DNA of 64,000 nucleotides from the human T2T-CHM13v2.0 reference genome, Homo sapiens: NCBI GenBank assembly GCA_009914755.4, contig CP086569.2, positions 21,888,001 to 21,952,000 of the forward strand, read 5' to 3'. Shown piece by piece: positions 15,270 to 28,355 of this stretch (position 1 is its first letter; each line of letters starts with the position of its first letter). The notes under the pieces were generated by a model. It saw only the letters and a program-made list of their open reading frames with translations, ran no database searches and was not told where the DNA came from. The position numbers and the translations under genes were made by a program.

Positions 15270-17680
15270 TTTTACCTAAGGGCCAGATATTTATTCCTAT
15301 TAGCCATTCCCTAGGAGAGCCACTAGTTTAAGAGAATTATTTTTCTTGCTCTTTCTAAATGTTTTTCTGTGCTAAAATGTTACTTTGTGTTAAAATCCTC
15401 CTTTCCTTTAAAGACAACCCATCATTAAGGGTCCTGACAAAAAGCTTATTGTCCACTTTTAGAACTAGACATATGTTCATTTTGATGATTCTCTACAAGG
15501 GCCACTGAGAGTGTTCTTCTCCTTGCTCTTTCTAGACACCTATCTAAAAGTTTTTCTTGTTGAAAACATTTTTTTTTCCAAAACCATAACTGACTGTCAT
15601 CATAAGTTCTGGCACAACACTTTTCATTAGCTTTCAGTGATGGATATTTATTTGTTTTTAAGGTTCTCTAAGAGGGCCACTGATGTGAGAGAATTGATCT
15701 GGTTGTTTTTTCTAAATGCCTGTCTACAAGTGCGTTTTGAACTAAGTGTCATTTTTTTTTTAAGCAAATCACCTGCTATTAAAAATTCTAACACAAAGTT
15801 TGTTGTCAGCTGTCAGGGCTGAATATTTATTTATATTTAAGTTTATGATATTGAAAGTTTCCTAACAGGGAAATAAGTGCAACAAATTTTGTTTCTTCCT
15901 CAAAATGATTGTCTGCAAACTTTTTTTGTGTTTTGAAATTTTGTTTGTCCTAAAAGAAAATTACCCAACTTCAACAGTTCTGACACAAAACCTGTCAAAT
16001 TTCAGAGTCACATATTTGCACATTTTGATGGTTGAAAAAAAACACAACCATGTAAGAGAATGACCCTCCTAGCTGTTTCAAAATAACTGTGTGCCAACTT
16101 TTCATTATGGAGGCATCTTTCATTTTTAGAATAAATATTACCTGTCATCCAGACTTCTGGCAAATAACTTGTTGTCAGTGTTCAGAAGCAAATATTTGTT
16201 TTTATTTATAAATTTCCAGAAGGGCCACTGATAGGAGAGAATCTATCTCCTTGCTTCTTCTAAATGCCTGTCTTCAAACTTTCATTGTTTTGAAATCTTC
16301 CTTTTCATCAAAAATGCCTTCATCAATAATACTGGCATAAACCTTTGGTCAGTTTGAAAACTGAATATTTTTCCTATTGATAAGCCTCTATATAAAGGCC
16401 ACTGGCATTAGACAGTTTTCCTCCTGCTGTTTCTAAATGCCTCTTGCAAACTTTGCTTTGTGGTAAAAATCTTTCTTTCTTATTGAAAGAAAAAAAAACC
16501 AACACCTGTCAAGAGTTCTGGTACAGGCCAGGTGTGGTGGCTCATGCCTGTAATCCCAGTATTCTGGGAGGCTGAGGCAGGCGGACCACTTGAGGTGAGG
16601 AGTTTGAGACCAGCCTGGCCAACTTGAGGTGAGGAGTTTGAGACCAGCCTGGCCAACATGGTGAAACCCATCTCTGCTAAAAATACAAAAATTAACCTGG
16701 TATTGTGATGTGTGCCTGCAGCTACTCGGGAGGCTGAGGCAGAAGCCTCACTTGAATTCAGGAGATGGAGGGTGCAGTGAGCCAAGATCATGCTACTGCA
16801 CTCTGGCTTGGGTGACAGAGTGAGACTCTGTCTAGAAAAAAAGAAAGAAAGAAAAAAAAAAGAAAGCTCTTGAACAAATCTTTTTTCAGCTTTGAGAACT
16901 ATAATTTGTTAATATTCAGTGTCCTCAGGAAGCCAACTAGCATAAGAAAATTCCTCTCCTTGCTCATTCCAACAGCCTGTCTGACAACTTTTCTTTCTGT
17001 TTAATTTTTTTTTCCTAGAAGAAAACTACATATCAACAAGAGTTCTGGCATGAGGGTTGTTACCTTATTTGAGGGAAGGGTATTCATTTATTTTCATATT
17101 TTTTCAGGAAGGCCACTGATAGAATTCCTTTCCCTTGCTTCTTCTAAATGTCTGCAAACTTTGCATATAGAAGTTTTCCTTTCTCTGAAAAAATTACCTG
17201 TTTTAAAGAGTTCTGATCCATAGTTTCTTGCATATTTCAGGGCCAGGTATTTGTTTATTTTTGTGATTTCTATGAGAGCCGCTGAAGTGAGATAACTTTC
17301 TTGCTCCTTCTAAATGGCTATTGGATAAGTTATCTGTTTTAGAACATCTTCCTTTTTCTAAAAGAGAAGGGCCATTCTCATGAGTTCTGGCATGTACTTT
17401 GTGGTAAGCTTTCAGGCTTAGATATTTTTATGGTTCACTAACAGGTTTACTGTTGCTAGAAAAAAATGCCCTTTCGGCTTTTTATAAATGCTTGTCAACA
17501 AACTTTTCTCCAAGGAAATGTTTTCCATTTCCTGAAGAGAAACTACTTATCATCAAGAGTCTTTTCATAAAGCTTGTGTCACCTTTCAGTGCCTGAAGTA
17601 TGTTTATATTGATGGGTTTCCTGAAAAAAAAAAAAAACACTGGGAGGAAAAAATCAACCTTATTACTCCTTTTAAATGTA
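15270..17680. repeat. Unclassified AT-rich tandem array of ~175-bp units, about 12 units, interrupted by an Alu
   Basis: Unit landmarks recur every ~165-185 bp: ...aagagttctggcacaaagcttgttgtcagctttcag.gccagatatttat...tttgatggtt.c.agaagggccactga.gtgagagaat...ttgct.ttctaaatgcctgtctgcaaactt...gttgaaat.ttcctttt...aaagaaaa. It does not match the alpha-satellite consensus as I remember it. Confidence 0.75.
16511..16860 (+). mobile_element. Alu with an internal ~30-bp duplication
   Basis: The element reads ggccaggtgtggtggctcatgcctgtaatcccag... The stretch cttgaggtgaggagtttgagaccagcctggccaac is present twice. Confidence 0.9.
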
Positions 17681-18061
17681 TGTTTGTGAATTTCTTATCA
17701 GGCCTCTGAACCCAAGCCAAGCCATCGCATCCCCTGTGATTTGAAGGTATATGCCCAGGTGGCCTGAAGTAACCGAAGAATCGCAAAAGAAGTGAAAATG
17801 CGCTGCCCCGCCTTAACTGATGACATCCCACCACAAAATAAGTGCAAATGCCAGTCCTTGCCTTAACTGATGACATTCTACCATAAAAGAAGTGAAAATG
17901 TCCAGTCCTTGTCTTAAGTGATGACATTATCTTGTGAAAGTTCTTTTCCTGGCTCGTCCTGGCTCAAAACCCTCCTTCACTGAGCACCTTTTGACCCCCA
18001 TTCCTGCCCACCAGAGAGCAAATCCACTTTGACTGTAATTTTCCTTTATCTACCCAAATCC

Positions 18062-18068
18062 TATAAAA
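18062..18068 (+). promoter_or_regulatory. TATA box in the U3 region of the 5' LTR7 (tataaaa)
   Basis: Read directly. Its position in the LTR is consistent with the known LTR7 promoter. Whether it is active is unknown. Confidence 0.4.
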
Positions 18069-18197
18069 TGGCCCCACCCTTATCTCCCTTCACTGACTTT
18101 CTTTTCCTACTCAGCCTGCCTGCACCCAGGTGGTTAAAAGCTTTATTGCTCACACAAAGCCTGTTTGGTGGTCTCTTCACACAGACATGCATGAAAT

Positions 18198-18215
18198 TTG
18201 GTGCTGTGATTCAGA
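18198..18215 (+). promoter_or_regulatory. Primer-binding site, tRNA-His type, of HERV-H
   Basis: tggtgctgtgattcagat lies immediately 3' of the LTR7 end ...catgaaa. The canonical HERV-H primer-binding site is TGGTGCCGTGACTCGGAT. Confidence 0.7.
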
Positions 18216-19006
18216 TTGGGGGACCTCCCTTGGGAGATCAATCCCCTGTCCTCCTGCTCTTTGCTCTGTGAGAACGATCCACCTATGACCTCAGGTCCTC
18301 AGACTGACCAGCCCAAGAAACATCTCACGAATTTCAAATCTGGTAAGCAGCCTCTTTTTACTCTCTTCTCCAACCTCCCCCACTATCCCTCAACCTCTTT
18401 CTCCTTTCAGTCTTGGTGTCACACTTCAATCTCTCCCTTTTCTTAATTTCAATTCCTTTCATTTTCTGGTAGGGACAAAGGAGACACGTTTTATCCATGG
18501 ACCCAAAACTCTGGCACTTGTCAAGGACTGGGAAGGCAGCCTTCCCTTGGTGTTTAATCATTGCAGGGATGCCTCTCTGATTATTCACCCATGTTTCAGA
18601 GGTGTCAGACCACATGGGGACCCCCGCCTTGGTCCTTCACCCTTGGCAGCAAGGCCTGCTTTTCTGGGGGAGGGGCAAGTACCTTAGCCCCTTCTCTTTT
18701 GTGTCTCTACCCCTTCTCTGCTTTTCTGGGGGAGTGGCAAGAACCCCTCAACCCCTTCTCTTTCACCTTTAGCAGCAAGTCCTGCTTTTCTAGGGGGCAA
18801 GAACCCCAATCCCTTATTTCCATGCCCTGACCTCTTATCTTTGTGCCCCAATACCTTATTTCCACACCCCAACCTCTTATCTCTATGCTCCAACTCCTTA
18901 TTTCTGTGCCCTGACCCCTCTCACACTTTTCTTTAGGGTAAGAACCCCTGAATCCCTTCCCTCCAAGTCTCTACTCTCTCTTTTCTCTGGGATTGCTTCC
19001 TTCACT

Positions 19007-20251
19007 ATGGGCAACCTTCCACCCTCCATTCCTCCTTCTTCTCCCTTAGTCTGTGTTCTCAATAACTTAAAACCTCTTCAACTCACACCTGACCTAAAAC
19101 CTAAATGCCTTATTTTCTTCTGCAACACTGCTTGGCCCCAATACAAACGTGAAAATGGCTATAAGTGGCCAGAAAATGGCATGTTTGATTTCTCCATCCT
19201 ACAAGACCTAAATAATTTTTGTCAAACAATGGGCAAATGATCTGAGGTGCCTTACATCCAGGCATTTTTCACACTTTGTTCCCTCCCTAGTCTCTGTTCC
19301 CAATGCAATTTCTCCCAAATCCTCCTTCTTTCCCACCCACCTGTCCCCCAGTCCAAACCCCTAGCATCACCAAGTCTTTCCAGTCTTCCTTTTCTACAGA
19401 CCCATCTGACCTTTCCCCTCCACTGCAGGCTGCTCATCACCAGGCCGAGCTAAGTCCCAGTCCTTCCTCAGCCTCCACTCCTCCATCCTATAATCCTTCT
19501 ACCACCTCCCCTTCTCACACCCAGTCCAGCTTACAGTTTATTTCTGCGACTAGCTCTTCCCCACCTGCCCAACAATTTCCTCTTAGAGAGGTGGCTGGAG
19601 CTGAGGGCATAGTCTGGGTACATGTACTTTTTTCTCTATCAGACCTCTCTCAGATCAGTCAGTGTTTAGGCTCTTTCTCATAAGACCCCACTAAATATAT
19701 ACAGGAATTCCAATATCTAACTCTGTCCTACAATTTAACCTGGAGTGACTTAAATATCATCCTGACTTCTGCCCTCTCCCCAGATGAATGGGAAAGAGTT
19801 TTTTCTCTAGCCCAATCTCATGCTGATAACCACTGGCTTCATGAGCCAGAACTCCAGGAAGGCATTAGAGCAGTTCCCCGAGAGGATCCCCAATAGAACT
19901 ACCAGGCAAATTCCCCAGGTATAGCTAGGCGAGATTACATGATTTCCCACCTTGAAGGCAGCTTACATAACTGTTAATTATGACAAGCTTAAAGAAACTA
20001 CCCAAGGTTAAGACAAAAACCCAGCCCAGTTCATGGCCCACTTAGCAGCAATGCTTAGACACTATACCACCCTAGACCCAGAAAGGCCAGAAGGCCGTCT
20101 TATTCTTAATATACATTTTATCACCCAATCAACTCCTGACATTAGGAAAAAACTTCAAAAGTTAGAATCTGGCCCTCAAACCCCACAACAGGAATTAATC
20201 AACCTCTCCTTCAAGGTGTACAATAACAGAGAGGAAGCAGCCAGACAGTAA
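19007..20251 (+). pseudogene. HERV-H gag remnant with frameshifts
   Basis: ORFs 19007..19240, 19247..19453, 19303..19683 and 20033..20251 contain MGNLPP...ENGMFDFSILQDLNNFCQTMGK, VPYIQAFFTLCSLPSLCSQC and a proline/serine-rich region. Confidence 0.8.
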
Positions 20252-20599
20252 CACATTTCTGTTACAATTACTTGCCTCTGCTGTGAGACAAAACCAGACA
20301 CACTTTCATCATATAAGAACTTCAAAATGCCTAAGCCGCACACACGTAAGCTGCAGCAGTCAAGCATTCCTACAAGACTCACTCCGTCAGGATCTTGCTT
20401 GAAGTGCCAGAAATCTGGTCACTGGGCCAAGGAATGCCCATAGCCCAGGATTCCTACTAAGCCATGCCCATCTGTGCAGGGACCCACTGGAAGGCAGACT
20501 GCCCAGCTCACCCAGCAGCCACTCCTAGAGCCCCTAAAGCTCTAGCCCAAGGTTTTCTAACTCCTTCCCAGATCTGCTCAGCTTAGCGACTGAAGATTA

Positions 20600-23500
20600 A
20601 TGCTGCCTGATCACCTCAGAAGCCCCCTGGACCATCACAGATGCCCAACTTCAGGTGACTCTCAAGTGGAGGGTAAGTCCACCCTCTGTTTCATCGATAC
20701 AGGGGCTACCAATTTCATGTTGCCTTCTTTTCAAAGACCTGTTTCCCTCACCCCAATAACTGATGTGGGTATTGACCTCCAAGCTTCAAAACCCCTGAAA
20801 ACTCCCCTACTCTGGTGCCAACTTGGACAACACTCTTTTATGCACTCTTTTTTAGTTATGCTCACCTGCCCAGTTCCTTTATTAGGCTGAGATATTTTAA
20901 CCAAATTATCTGCTTCCCTGAGTATTCCTGGACTCAGCCGCATCTCATTGCCACCCTTCTCCCCAATCCAAAGCCTCCTTTGCTTCTTCCTCTCACATCC
21001 CTCCACCTTAACCCACAAGTATGGGACATCTCTAGTCCTTCCCTGGCAACCAATCACATGCCCATTATTGTCCCATTAAAACCTAATCACCCTTACCCTA
21101 CTCAATGCCAATATCCCATCCCGCAGCACGATTTAAAAGGATTAAAGCCGGTTATCACTCTCTGCTACAGCATGGCTTCTAAAACCTATAAACTCTCCTT
21201 ACAATTCCCCCGTTTTACCTGTCCAAAAACTGGACAAGTCTTACAGATTAGTTCAGGGTCTGTGCCTTATTGACAAAGTTGTTTTGCCTATCCAGCATGT
21301 GGTGCCCCACCCATACATTTTTTTGTCCTCAATACCTTCCTCCACAATTCACTATTCCATTCTTGATCTTAAAGATGCTTTTTTCACTATTCCTCTGCAC
21401 CCTGCATCCCAGCCTTTCTTTGCTTTCACCTGGACTGACCCTAACACCTATCAGTCCCAGCAGCTTACCTGGGCTGTGCTGCCACAAAGTTTCAGAGACA
21501 GCCCTCACTACTTCAGCCAAGCTGTTTCTCATGATTTACTTTCTTTCCACCCCTCCGCTTCTCATCATATTCAATATATTGATGACCTTCTTCTTTGTAG
21601 CCCCTCCTTTGAATCTTCTCAACAAGACAACTTCTGCTCCTTCAGCATTTATTCTCCAAAGGATATCGGGTATCCCCCTCCAAAGCTCAAATTTCTTCTC
21701 CATCCCTTACCTCCCTTGGCATAATTCTTCATAAAAACACACCTGCTCTCCCTGCCAATCATGTCTGACTAATCTCTGAAACAACAACCCCTTCTACAAA
21801 ACAACTACTCCTTTCCTTCCTGGTCATAGTTGGATACTTTTGCCTTTGGATACCTGGTTTTACCATCTTAAAAAACCATTATATAAACTCACAAAAGGAA
21901 ACCTAGCTGACCCCATAGATCATAAATCCTTTCCCCACTCCTCTTTCTGTTCCTTGAAGACAGCTTTAGAGACTGCCCCACCCTAGCTCTCCCTGACTCA
22001 TCCTTACCCTTTTCATTACACACAGCTGAAGTGCAGGGCTGTTCAGTCAGAATTCTTACACAAGGACCGGGACCACACCCTGTAGACTTTTTGTCCAAAC
22101 AACTTGACCTTACTGTTTTAGGCTGGCCATCATGTCTCTGTGCAGTGGCTGCTGCCACCCTAATACTTTTAGAGGCCTTCAAAATCAACTATGCTCAACT
22201 CACTCTCTACAACTCTCATAATTTCCAAAATCTATTTTCTTCCTCACACCTGATGCATATACTTTCTGCTCCCTGGCTCTTTCAGCTATACTCACTCTTT
22301 GTTGAGTCTCCCACAATTACCATTGTTCCTGGCCCAGACTTCAATCTTGCCTCCCACATTATTCCGGATACCACACCTGACCCTCATGACTGCATCTCTC
22401 TGACCCACCTGACATTCACCCCATCTCCCCACATTTCCTTCTTCCCTGTTTCTCACTCTGATCACACTTGGTTTATTGATGGCAGTTCCACAAGGCCTAA
22501 TCGCCACTCACCAGCAAAGGCAGGCTATGCAATAGTATCTTCCACATCTGTTATTGAGGCTACCATTCTGCCCTGCTCCACTACCTCTCAGCAAGCCAAG
22601 CTAGTTGCCTTATCTCAGGCCCTCACTCTTGCAAAAGGACTACATGTCAATATTTATACTGACTCTAAATATGCCTTCCATATTCTGCACTACCATGCAG
22701 TCATATTGGCTGAAAGAATTTTCCTTACTACACAAGGGTCCTCCATCATTAATGCTTCTTTAATAAAAACTCTGCTCGAGGCCGCTTTACTTCCAAAGGA
22801 AGCTGGGGTCATTCACTGCAAGAGGCATCAAAAGGCGTCAGATCCCATTGCTCTAGGCAACGCTTGTGCTGATAAGGTGGCTAGGCAAGCAGCTAGCTTT
22901 CCAACTTCTGTCTCTCACAGCAATTCTGATGCAGATAAGGTGGCTAGACAAGCAGCTAGCTCTCCAACTTCTGTCCCTGACGGCCAGTTTTTCTCCTTCA
23001 CATCGGCCACTCCCACCTACTCCCCCGCTGAAACCTCCACCTATCAATCTCTTCTCACACAAGGCAAATGGTTCTTAGATCTAGGAAAATACCTCCTTCC
23101 AGCCTCACAGGCCCCTTCTATTCTGTCGTCATTTCATAACCTCTTCCATGTAGGTTACAAGCCACTAGCCTGTCTCTTAGAACCTCTCATTTCCTTTCCA
23201 TCATGGAAATCTATCCTCAAGGAGATCACTTCTCAGTTTCCCATCTGCTATTCTACTACCCCTCATGGATTGTTCAGGCCTCCTCCCTTTCCTACACATC
23301 AAGCTCAGTGATTTGCCCCTGTGCAGGACTGGCAAATTGACTTTACTCACATGCCTGGAGTCAGAAAACTAAAATATCTCTTAGTCTGAGTAGACACTTT
23401 CACTGGATAGTTAGAGGCCTTTCCAACAGGGTCTGAGATGGCCACCATGGTCATTTCTTCCCTTCTGTCAGACGTAATTCCTCAGTTTGACCTTCCCACC

Positions 23501-23821
23501 TCTATACTGTCTGATAATGGACCAGTCTTTACTAGTCAAATCATCCAAGCAGTTTCTCATGCACTTAATATTCAGTGGAATCTTCATATTCCTTATCATC
23601 CTCAATCTTCAGGAAAGGTAAAACAGACTAATGGTATTTTAAAGTCACACCTCACCAAGCTCAGCCTCCAACTTAAAAAGTATTGGACAGTACTTTTACC
23701 TCTTGCCCTTCTCAGAATTAAACCTGTCCTCGAGTTGCTACAGGGTACAGTGCATTTGAACTTCTATATGGACGCACTTTCCTGCTTTGCCCCAAACACT
23801 TCCCAGACACCAGCCCTCTAG
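20600..23821 (+). pseudogene. HERV-H pro-pol remnant; contains an uninterrupted 426-aa frame (22031..23311) covering RNase H and part of integrase
   Basis: The RNase H translation reads WFIDGSSTRPNRHSPAKAGYAIVSS...AKLVALSQALTLAKGLHVNIYTDSKYAF. The integrase core reads ILSDNGPVFTSQIIQAVSHALNIQWNLHIPYHPQSSGKVKQTNG. A 60-bp internal tandem duplication (DKVARQAAS...) lies at about 22866-22990. Confidence 0.8.
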
Positions 23822-24460
23822 GCGACTATCTTCCAGTCCTCCAACAGGCTAGACAGGAAATTCACCAAGCTGTTAATCTTCTCTTGCCTTCTCCAGATCC
23901 CCAGCCACATGAAGACACCCTAGCTGGACGATCAGTTCTTGTTAAGAATCTGAACCCTCAAACTCTACAACCTCGATGGACCAGACCCTACTTAGTCATC
24001 TGTAGTACCCTGACTGCTGTCTGCCTGCAGGATCTTCCACACTGGGTTCACCATTCCAGAATAAAGCTGTGTCCATCAGGCAGCCAGCCTAATCCCTCTC
24101 TTCCTCCTGGAAGTCACAAGTACTCTCCCCTACTTCCCTTAAACTCACTCATATTTCTGAAGAACAGTAATAACCCTTATGAGCCTAATACATCCCTTTA
24201 TTCTATTAGGTCTCTCCATCCTTACCCTACTTTTTGCAGCACAGCTTTATGAAATCACCCCCACCAATTGGGCTGAGCCCCAAAAAGAAACTATTCATCC
24301 CTACTGTCTTCTATCTAGTCATACTCCATTCTCAACTACCTATAAATGCCCTACTCTTATTTACACTGATGGTTTACACTGTTTCTTCAAGCCATCACAG
24401 CTGATATCTCTTCGTGCTATCCCCACACCACCACTCTTAAGTCTCTCTTAGAGTGGATAG

Positions 24461-26296
24461 ATGATCTTTACTGGCAGGGCATCCTCCTATACTTCCATCC
24501 TGATGAAGTTCTATTCTTTACTTTTATACTCACTCTTATTCTCGTTCCCAATCTTATGCCACCCTCTACCTCTCCCCAGCTATCTCCACCACACTATCAA
24601 CCTTACACATTCTCTCCTAGCCACTTCTAATCCCTCCTTAGTGAACAACTGCTGGCTTTGCATTTCCCTGTCTTCCAGTGCCTACACAGCTGTCCTCACC
24701 TTACAGACAGACTGGGCAAGATTTCCCCTAGGTAATCTTTCACCTTCTCAATGTTACTTTACTCTTCATCTCCGAAGCCCAGCTACACACATCACTGAAA
24801 CAACTGGAGCCTTCCAGCTCTGTATTACAGAAAAGCCCTCTATCAATACTGACAAACATTAAAAACATTAGCGGTAATTATTTTCATGCGCGTCCATGTG
24901 AAGAGACCACCAAACACGCTTTGTGTGAGTAACATGGCTGTTTATTACACCTGGGTGCAGGAGGGCTGAGTCCGAAAAGAGAGTCAGTGAAGGGAGATGG
25001 GGTGGGGCCATTTTATAGGATTTGGGTAGGTAAAGGATAAAAGGGGGTTGTTCTCTGGCAGACAGGAGTGGGGGGGGGGTCACAAGGTACTCAGTGGGGG
25101 AGATTTTGAGCCAGGATGAGCCAGGAGAAGGAATTTCACAGACAATGTCATCAGTTAAAGCAGGAACAGGCCATTTTCACTTCTTTTGTGGTGGAATGTC
25201 ATCGGTTAAGGCAGGAACCAGCCATCTGGATGTGTACGTGCAGGTCACAGGGGATATGATGGCTTAGCTTGGGCTCAGAGGCCTGACAATTATTGCTTAG
25301 GAAGACACTCACCCTTTATTTCACTCCATCTTTGGCTACCTTCCCTTTGCTCGTCAGACTCTCCTCCCAGGCTCTATTCTTGTTTTTACTTATACCCAGC
25401 CCTGAAAATAACAGTGAAAGGTTAGTCATAGATACTCAACGTTTTCTCATAAAACCATGAAAATCAAACCTCCCCCTCTATGCAGTTACCCCATCAGTCC
25501 CCATTACAACCTCTGATGGCTGCCGCCCTAGCTGAATCCCTAGGAGTCTAGGTAAAAGACACCTCTTTCAGCACTCCTCAACTTTTCACTTTCTATCTCC
25601 AGTTTTGCCTTGCACAAGGTCTCTTCCTCTATGGATCCTCTAACTACATGTGTCTACCTGCTAATTGGACAGGCACATGTACACTAGTTTTCCTTACCCC
25701 CAAAATTCAATTTGCAAATGGGACCAAAGGGCTCCCTGATCCCCTCATGACACCAAAATGACAAAAATGCTCCACTAATGCCCTTGCTGGTCAGTTTAGG
25801 ACTTTCTGCCTCCACTATTGCTCTCGGTACTAGAATAGCAGGCATTTCAACCTCTGTCACTACCTTCTGTAGCCTGTCTAATGACTTCTCTGCTAGCATC
25901 ACAGACATATCACAAAGTTTATCAGTCCTCCAAGGCCAAGTTGACTCTTTAGCTGCAGTTGTCCTCCAAAACTGCTAAGACCTTGATTTACTCACTGCTG
26001 AAAAAGGAGGACTGTGTATATTCTTAAATAAAGAGTGTTGTTTTTACCTAAATCAATCTGGTCTGGTGTATGATAACATAAAAAAACTCAAGGATAGAGC
26101 ACAAAAATTTGCCAACCAAGCAAGTAATTATGCTGAACCCCCTTGGGTACTCTTTAATTGGATGTCCTGGGTCCTCCCAATTCTTAGTCCTTTAATACCC
26201 ACTTTTCTCCTTCTTTTATTTGGACCTTGTATCTTCCGTTTAGTTTCTCAATTTATCCAAAACCGTATCCAGGCCATCACCAATCATTCTATATGA
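24461..26296 (+). pseudogene. HERV-H env remnant (surface and transmembrane subunits), interrupted by an inverted LTR7 fragment
   Basis: The surface-subunit ORF 24461..24862 reads ...NNCWLCISLSSSAYTAV.... The transmembrane ORFs 25778..25978 and 26066..26296 carry the motif CIFLNKECCFY and a membrane anchor. Confidence 0.75.
24878..25300 (-). mobile_element. Inverted LTR7 fragment (solo LTR or rearrangement product) inside HERV-H env
   Basis: The rev-comp of 24878-25300 aligns to LTR7. For example, 24990-25030 gggccattttataggatttgggtag is the rev-comp of cccaaatcctataaaatggccc, and 25150-25230 is the rev-comp of the LTR7 5' part ...ccaccacaaaagaagtgaaaatggcc.... Confidence 0.75.
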
Positions 26297-27761
26297 CAAA
26301 TGTTTCTTCTAATATCCCCAAAATGTCAGCCCTTACCACAAGATCTCCCTTCAGCTTAATATCTCCCACTCTAGGTTCCCACGCCACCCCTAATCCCACT
26401 TGAAGCAGCCCTGAGAAACATCACCCATTCTCTCTCCATACCACCCCCCAAAAATTTTCACCGCCCCAACACTTCAACGCTATTTTGTTTTATTTTTCTT
26501 ATTAATATAAGAAGGCAGGAATGTCAGGCCTCTAAGCCCAAGCCAAGCCATTGCATCCCCTGTGACTTGCACGTATATGACCAGGTGGCCTGAAGTAACT
26601 GAAGAATCACAAAAGAAGTGAAAATGCCCTGCCCCACTTTTACTGATGACATTCCACCACAAAAGAAGTGAAAATGGCCAGTCTTTGCCTTAACTGATGA
26701 CATTCCACCACAAAAGAAGTGAAAATGGCTGGTCCTTGTCTTAAGTGATGACATTATCTTGTGAAAGTCCTTTTCCTGGCTCAACCTGGCTCAAAAACTT
26801 CCCCACTGAGCACCTTGCGACCCCTATTCCTGCCCGGCAGAGAACAAATCCACTTTGACAGTAATTTTTCTTTATCTTCCCAAATCCTATAAAATGGCCC
26901 CACGCTTATCTCCCTTTGCTGACTCTCTTTTCAGACTTGGCCCACTTGCACCAAGGTGATTAAAAGCTTTATTTCTTTCACAAAGCCTGTTTGGTGGTCT
27001 CTTCACATGGACGTGCCTGAAATTTCTTTGTGTTGAAATGTTAATCTTTTTGAAAAATAAATGTGCCCATTTTTAAGAGTTCTGGTACAAAGCTTGTTGT
27101 CAGCTTTCAGTGTAAGATATTTGCTTGTTTTGATGGTTTTCTATGAAGGCCACTAAAATTTAATATTTCCTTCTTGTTTTTTCTAAATATCTAGCTAAAA
27201 ACTCTTTTTTTGAAAACGTTTTACTTTCCCGAAAGAGAACCAGCTGTCACCATGAGTTCTGGCACAATAGTTGTTGCAGGCTTTCAAGGCTGTATATTTG
27301 TTTTGATACTTCACTAGAATGGCCACTGATGTTAGAAAATTCCTTTTATTCCCTTGTTTCAAAATGCATGACTACAAACTCTTGTTTATGTAAACACCTT
27401 CCTTTTCCTGAAATAAAATGGCCCAGTGTTAATATTTCTCAACAAATCTTTTTTTTTTTTTTTTTGGATCTCTGGAAGGGCCACTGAGGTAAAACAATTC
27501 TCCTCTTTACTTTTTTTAAATACCTGTCTGCAAACTTTTTGTCAGTTAAAAATATTTATTTCCCTAAAAAAAAAGCTGCCCTTGTTCAAAAGTTCTGGAA
27601 CAAAACTTACTTTCAACTTTGAGATCTTCGCATTAGTTCCTAATGACAAGTAACGACAAGGGCCATGAGTGTAATAGACTTTCTCTTCTTTCTCTTTTTA
27701 AATGCATGTCAAGAAACTGCTTCTCTGTTCAAATATTTTTTTCTCTTAAAGAAACCACCAG

Positions 27762-28075
27762 ACAGGGCACAGTGGCTCACCCATATAATCCCATCACTTT
27801 GGGAGGGCAAGGCAGGTGCATCTTCTGAGGTCAGGAATTTGAGACCAGCCTGGTTAACATGGTAAATCCCATCTCTACTAAAAAAAAATAATAATAAAAA
27901 AATTAGCTTGGCTTGGTGGCAGGGGACTGTAATCCCAGCTACTCAGGAGGCTGAGGCAGGAGAATCACTTTAACATGGAGGTTGGAGATGGCAGTGAGCC
28001 AAGACCATGCCACTGCACTGCAGCCTGGGTAACAACAGTGAAACTCCATTTCAAAAGAAAAATAAAAGGAAGAAA
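27762..28075 (+). mobile_element. Alu
   Basis: The element reads ggcacagtggctcacccatataatcccatcactttgggagg...gcctgggtaacaacagtgaaactcc. Confidence 0.9.
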
Positions 28076-28355
28076 AAGCAAGAAAGAAACCACCCATTTT
28101 CAAGAATTCTGACATAAATTTGTCAGCATTCAGGGCCAGATGTTCCCTTCTTTCATCAGTTCCCTAGAAAAACCACTGGTGTTTTTTTTTTTTTTTTTAA
28201 ATTGTTCTATCTAAATGTCTAACTGAACCTCTTTCTTTGCCTGAAAAAAAAATAAAAGGGACCATTATTAATAGTTATTGCACAAATCTTGTCAACTTTC
28301 AGGACCAGGTATTTGTTAATTTTAAAGGAAGGTTCTCTAAAAGATCCTCTGTTAT

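Larger units (their letters stand above)
17683..27022 (+). mobile_element. HERV-H provirus (LTR7, HERVH internal, LTR7), ~9.3 kb, inserted into the 175-bp array
   Basis: The 5' LTR spans 17683-18196 and the 3' LTR 26522-27022. Both match LTR7 as I recall it (tcaggcctctga.cccaagccaagccat.gcatcccctgtga...cctataaaatggcccc...gcctgtttggtggtctcttcaca..gac.tgc.tgaaa). A tRNA-His-type primer-binding site tggtgctgtgattcagat lies at 18198-18215. The gag translation starts MGNLPPSIPPSSPLVCVLNNLKPLQLTPDLKPKCLIFFCNTAWPQY. The env transmembrane translation reads [22 protein letters not shown]...FRLVSQFIQNRIQAITNHSI. Confidence 0.9.
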
